Source: a virus. Taken from it: 44,111 nucleotides of DNA. A model generated the notes under the pieces. It was given only the letters and a program-made list of their open reading frames with translations. It had not been told where the DNA came from and made no database searches. Of the stretch, positions 42,924 to 44,111 are shown piece after piece (position 1 is the stretch's first letter; each line of letters starts with the position of its first letter). The stretch lies in IMG/VR virus record IMGVR_UViG_3300028892_001354; one strand, given 5' to 3'. Both the position numbers and the translations under genes were made by a program.

Positions 42924-43292
42924 ATGGCTAGAAAACAAAAGGATAAAATCGTACGAGTTCAATTTGCGGAAAATCATGTAATGATGTTTGGTAATTCATA
43001 TAAAGCTTGGGAAGAACAACTGGATGAATACTTATGGTTATTAAAACGAGATGGGGAGCTACATTCCGTAAAAAGGGTAACTGTATCAGATAGCAAGTGG
43101 ATTTCGTGGGGCGGATTGAAGTGGTGCCCAGAAGAAAGGTTTCAACATCATTTAAATCGCGAAGGGTGTCAATCTGATGAATTAGACAATCCGAATCCAA
43201 GACAATATAAAGATATGAATTTCTATGAAGATATTACTATTACAAGAAAAGTGAATAAAGCCGTGTCTAATTATAAAAAAGGGATTTATTAA
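42924..43292 (+). CDS. Hypothetical protein (122 aa)
   Basis: RBS TGGGGGAATGAG. Confidence 0.6.
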   Translation: MARKQKDKIVRVQFAENHVMMFGNSYKAWEEQLDEYLWLLKRDGELHSVKRVTVSDSKWISWGGLKWCPEERFQHHLNREGCQSDELDNPNPRQYKDMNFYEDITITRKVNKAVSNYKKGIY

Positions 43293-43363
43293 TCCGACAG
43301 AGGGAAATTGGATACTTAAAATCATAATAAAATAGTTATTCGAATAAGAAAAGAGGAGCGGCG

Positions 43364-43510
43364 ATGAAGAAACAAAGATGGAGAAAAACAAAAGTTAAAA
43401 CTTGTTACTTATGTGACAAGAAATTAAATATAAACCAGATCCGAGGCATAAATGATTGGAGTTATAAAAACAAAATTTTGTATTGGTGTGAGGATTGCGT
43501 AGAGTATTAA
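43364..43510 (+). CDS. 48-aa Zn-ribbon protein (CYLC...CEDC)
   Basis: Below the track cutoff. RBS AAGAGGAG precedes the ATG at 43364. Confidence 0.5.
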   Translation: MKKQRWRKTKVKTCYLCDKKLNINQIRGINDWSYKNKILYWCEDCVEY

Positions 43511-43542
43511 AACAAAATTCTTATTGTATGACCAAAAATAAA

Positions 43543-43572
43543 AGAACCCGTTTGCTATAAACGGATTCTTCT
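43543..43572 (+). terminator. Hairpin/terminator ending the early rightward operon
   Basis: AGAACCCGTTT-GCTAT-AAACGGATTCT (one mismatch). Weak T tract. Confidence 0.45.
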
Positions 43573-43698
43573 CTCAAGGTCTGCAAGAAATTCAAGGTAA
43601 CTGGACCAGAGCACCATATTGAATTTCTTATGATATTAATGTATTCAAAGAAATCTAAAAGATGAATGGGAATTAAATAAAATCTTTATTTGGAAAGA

Positions 43699-43734
43699 AT
43701 TCAGCCCCTAACGGTGCGCTGTTAGGGGCTGAAT
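43699..43734. terminator. Strong 14-bp GC-rich hairpin
   Basis: ATTCAGCCCCTAAC-N8-GTTAGGGGCTGAAT. Confidence 0.5.
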
Positions 43735-43865
43735 CTCGAGAACTTTTATTAAAATTACATGAGGTTGATCAGTGAATGTAACTATCGATCTCTCGAATTA
43801 TAGCACTAAGTAAATTAAATTTACAACTTAATATTTACACTTAGTGATAAAAGATATGGAGGGGA

Positions 43866-44096
43866 ATGGAACGGATGAGACATACAAGAAATAGACAAAT
43901 GACAAAAATAGGTGAAGAAAATTTTATGGGAATGAAGAATATCAAAATTTCAACGATACGAAAGTTTGATGGAGAGTTTAATAATAGATTAGATCCAACT
44001 TTCCGGTGGCACAGAGATTATCATGGTATGAATATTGTATCTTTTAACCGTAAGGGTGAAGCATTTAAAACTAATGTGATAAAAGTTAGAAATTAA
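43866..44096 (+). CDS. Hypothetical 76-aa basic protein in an isolated transcription unit spanning the circular junction
   Basis: RBS GGAGGGGA precedes the ATG at 43866. Its 3' part is duplicated at 1..129. Flanked by hairpins on both sides. Confidence 0.55.
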   Translation: MERMRHTRNRQMTKIGEENFMGMKNIKISTIRKFDGEFNNRLDPTFRWHRDYHGMNIVSFNRKGEAFKTNVIKVRN

Positions 44097-44111
44097 ACAA
44101 AATCGTTATTT
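43968..44111. repeat. Terminal direct repeat, copy 2
   Basis: Identical to 1..144. Confidence 0.95.

Overview
The window is a complete, circularly closed replicon. Bases 1-144 are identical to 43968-44111, giving a unit length of 43,967 bp. It is AT-rich with Firmicute-type GGAGG ribosome-binding sites, and the gene content fits a temperate siphovirus of a Bacillus (cereus-group-like) host that is maintained as a plasmid prophage.

Rightward transcription runs from an immunity switch (cro-like gene, Rha antirepressor) through about 15 small early genes, many of them Zn-ribbon proteins, plus a dimeric dUTPase. It continues across the circular junction into RecU, a Zn-finger/HTH protein and a sigma-70 region-4 late activator.

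Next comes a ~760-nt ORF-free, heavily structured region. It is followed by a small serine recombinase with a res-like site and then the morphogenesis genes:
- TerS and TerL
- a portal-MuF fusion
- prohead protease/scaffold, decoration-like protein and major capsid protein
- connector proteins and the major tail protein
- the G/GT -1 frameshift chaperone
- a 1575-aa tape measure protein, Dit, an SGNH-esterase tail protein and a Tal-like fibre with Gly-rich and HxH repeats

After these come a lipoprotein moron, two holins and a GH25 endolysin.

The leftward block (28.8-34.7 kb) is a plasmid maintenance module. It holds XRE and tandem-RHH regulators, ParR-like and actin-like ParM genes with a parC repeat array, a Rep-like initiator, two perfect DnaA boxes and another XRE repressor. 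No integrase is present.

Between the origin and the cI/cro switch sits an arbitrium-type cassette. It consists of an AimR-like HTH-TPR receptor, a 46-aa secreted AimP-like pre-peptide ending in DPNPGGG, a 36-bp perfect palindrome and a 53-aa downstream ORF.

The two loci I rank highest are this peptide-communication cassette on an episomal phage and the large structured non-coding locus at 2563-3325.

All family assignments come from motif recognition and synteny. No database search was run.
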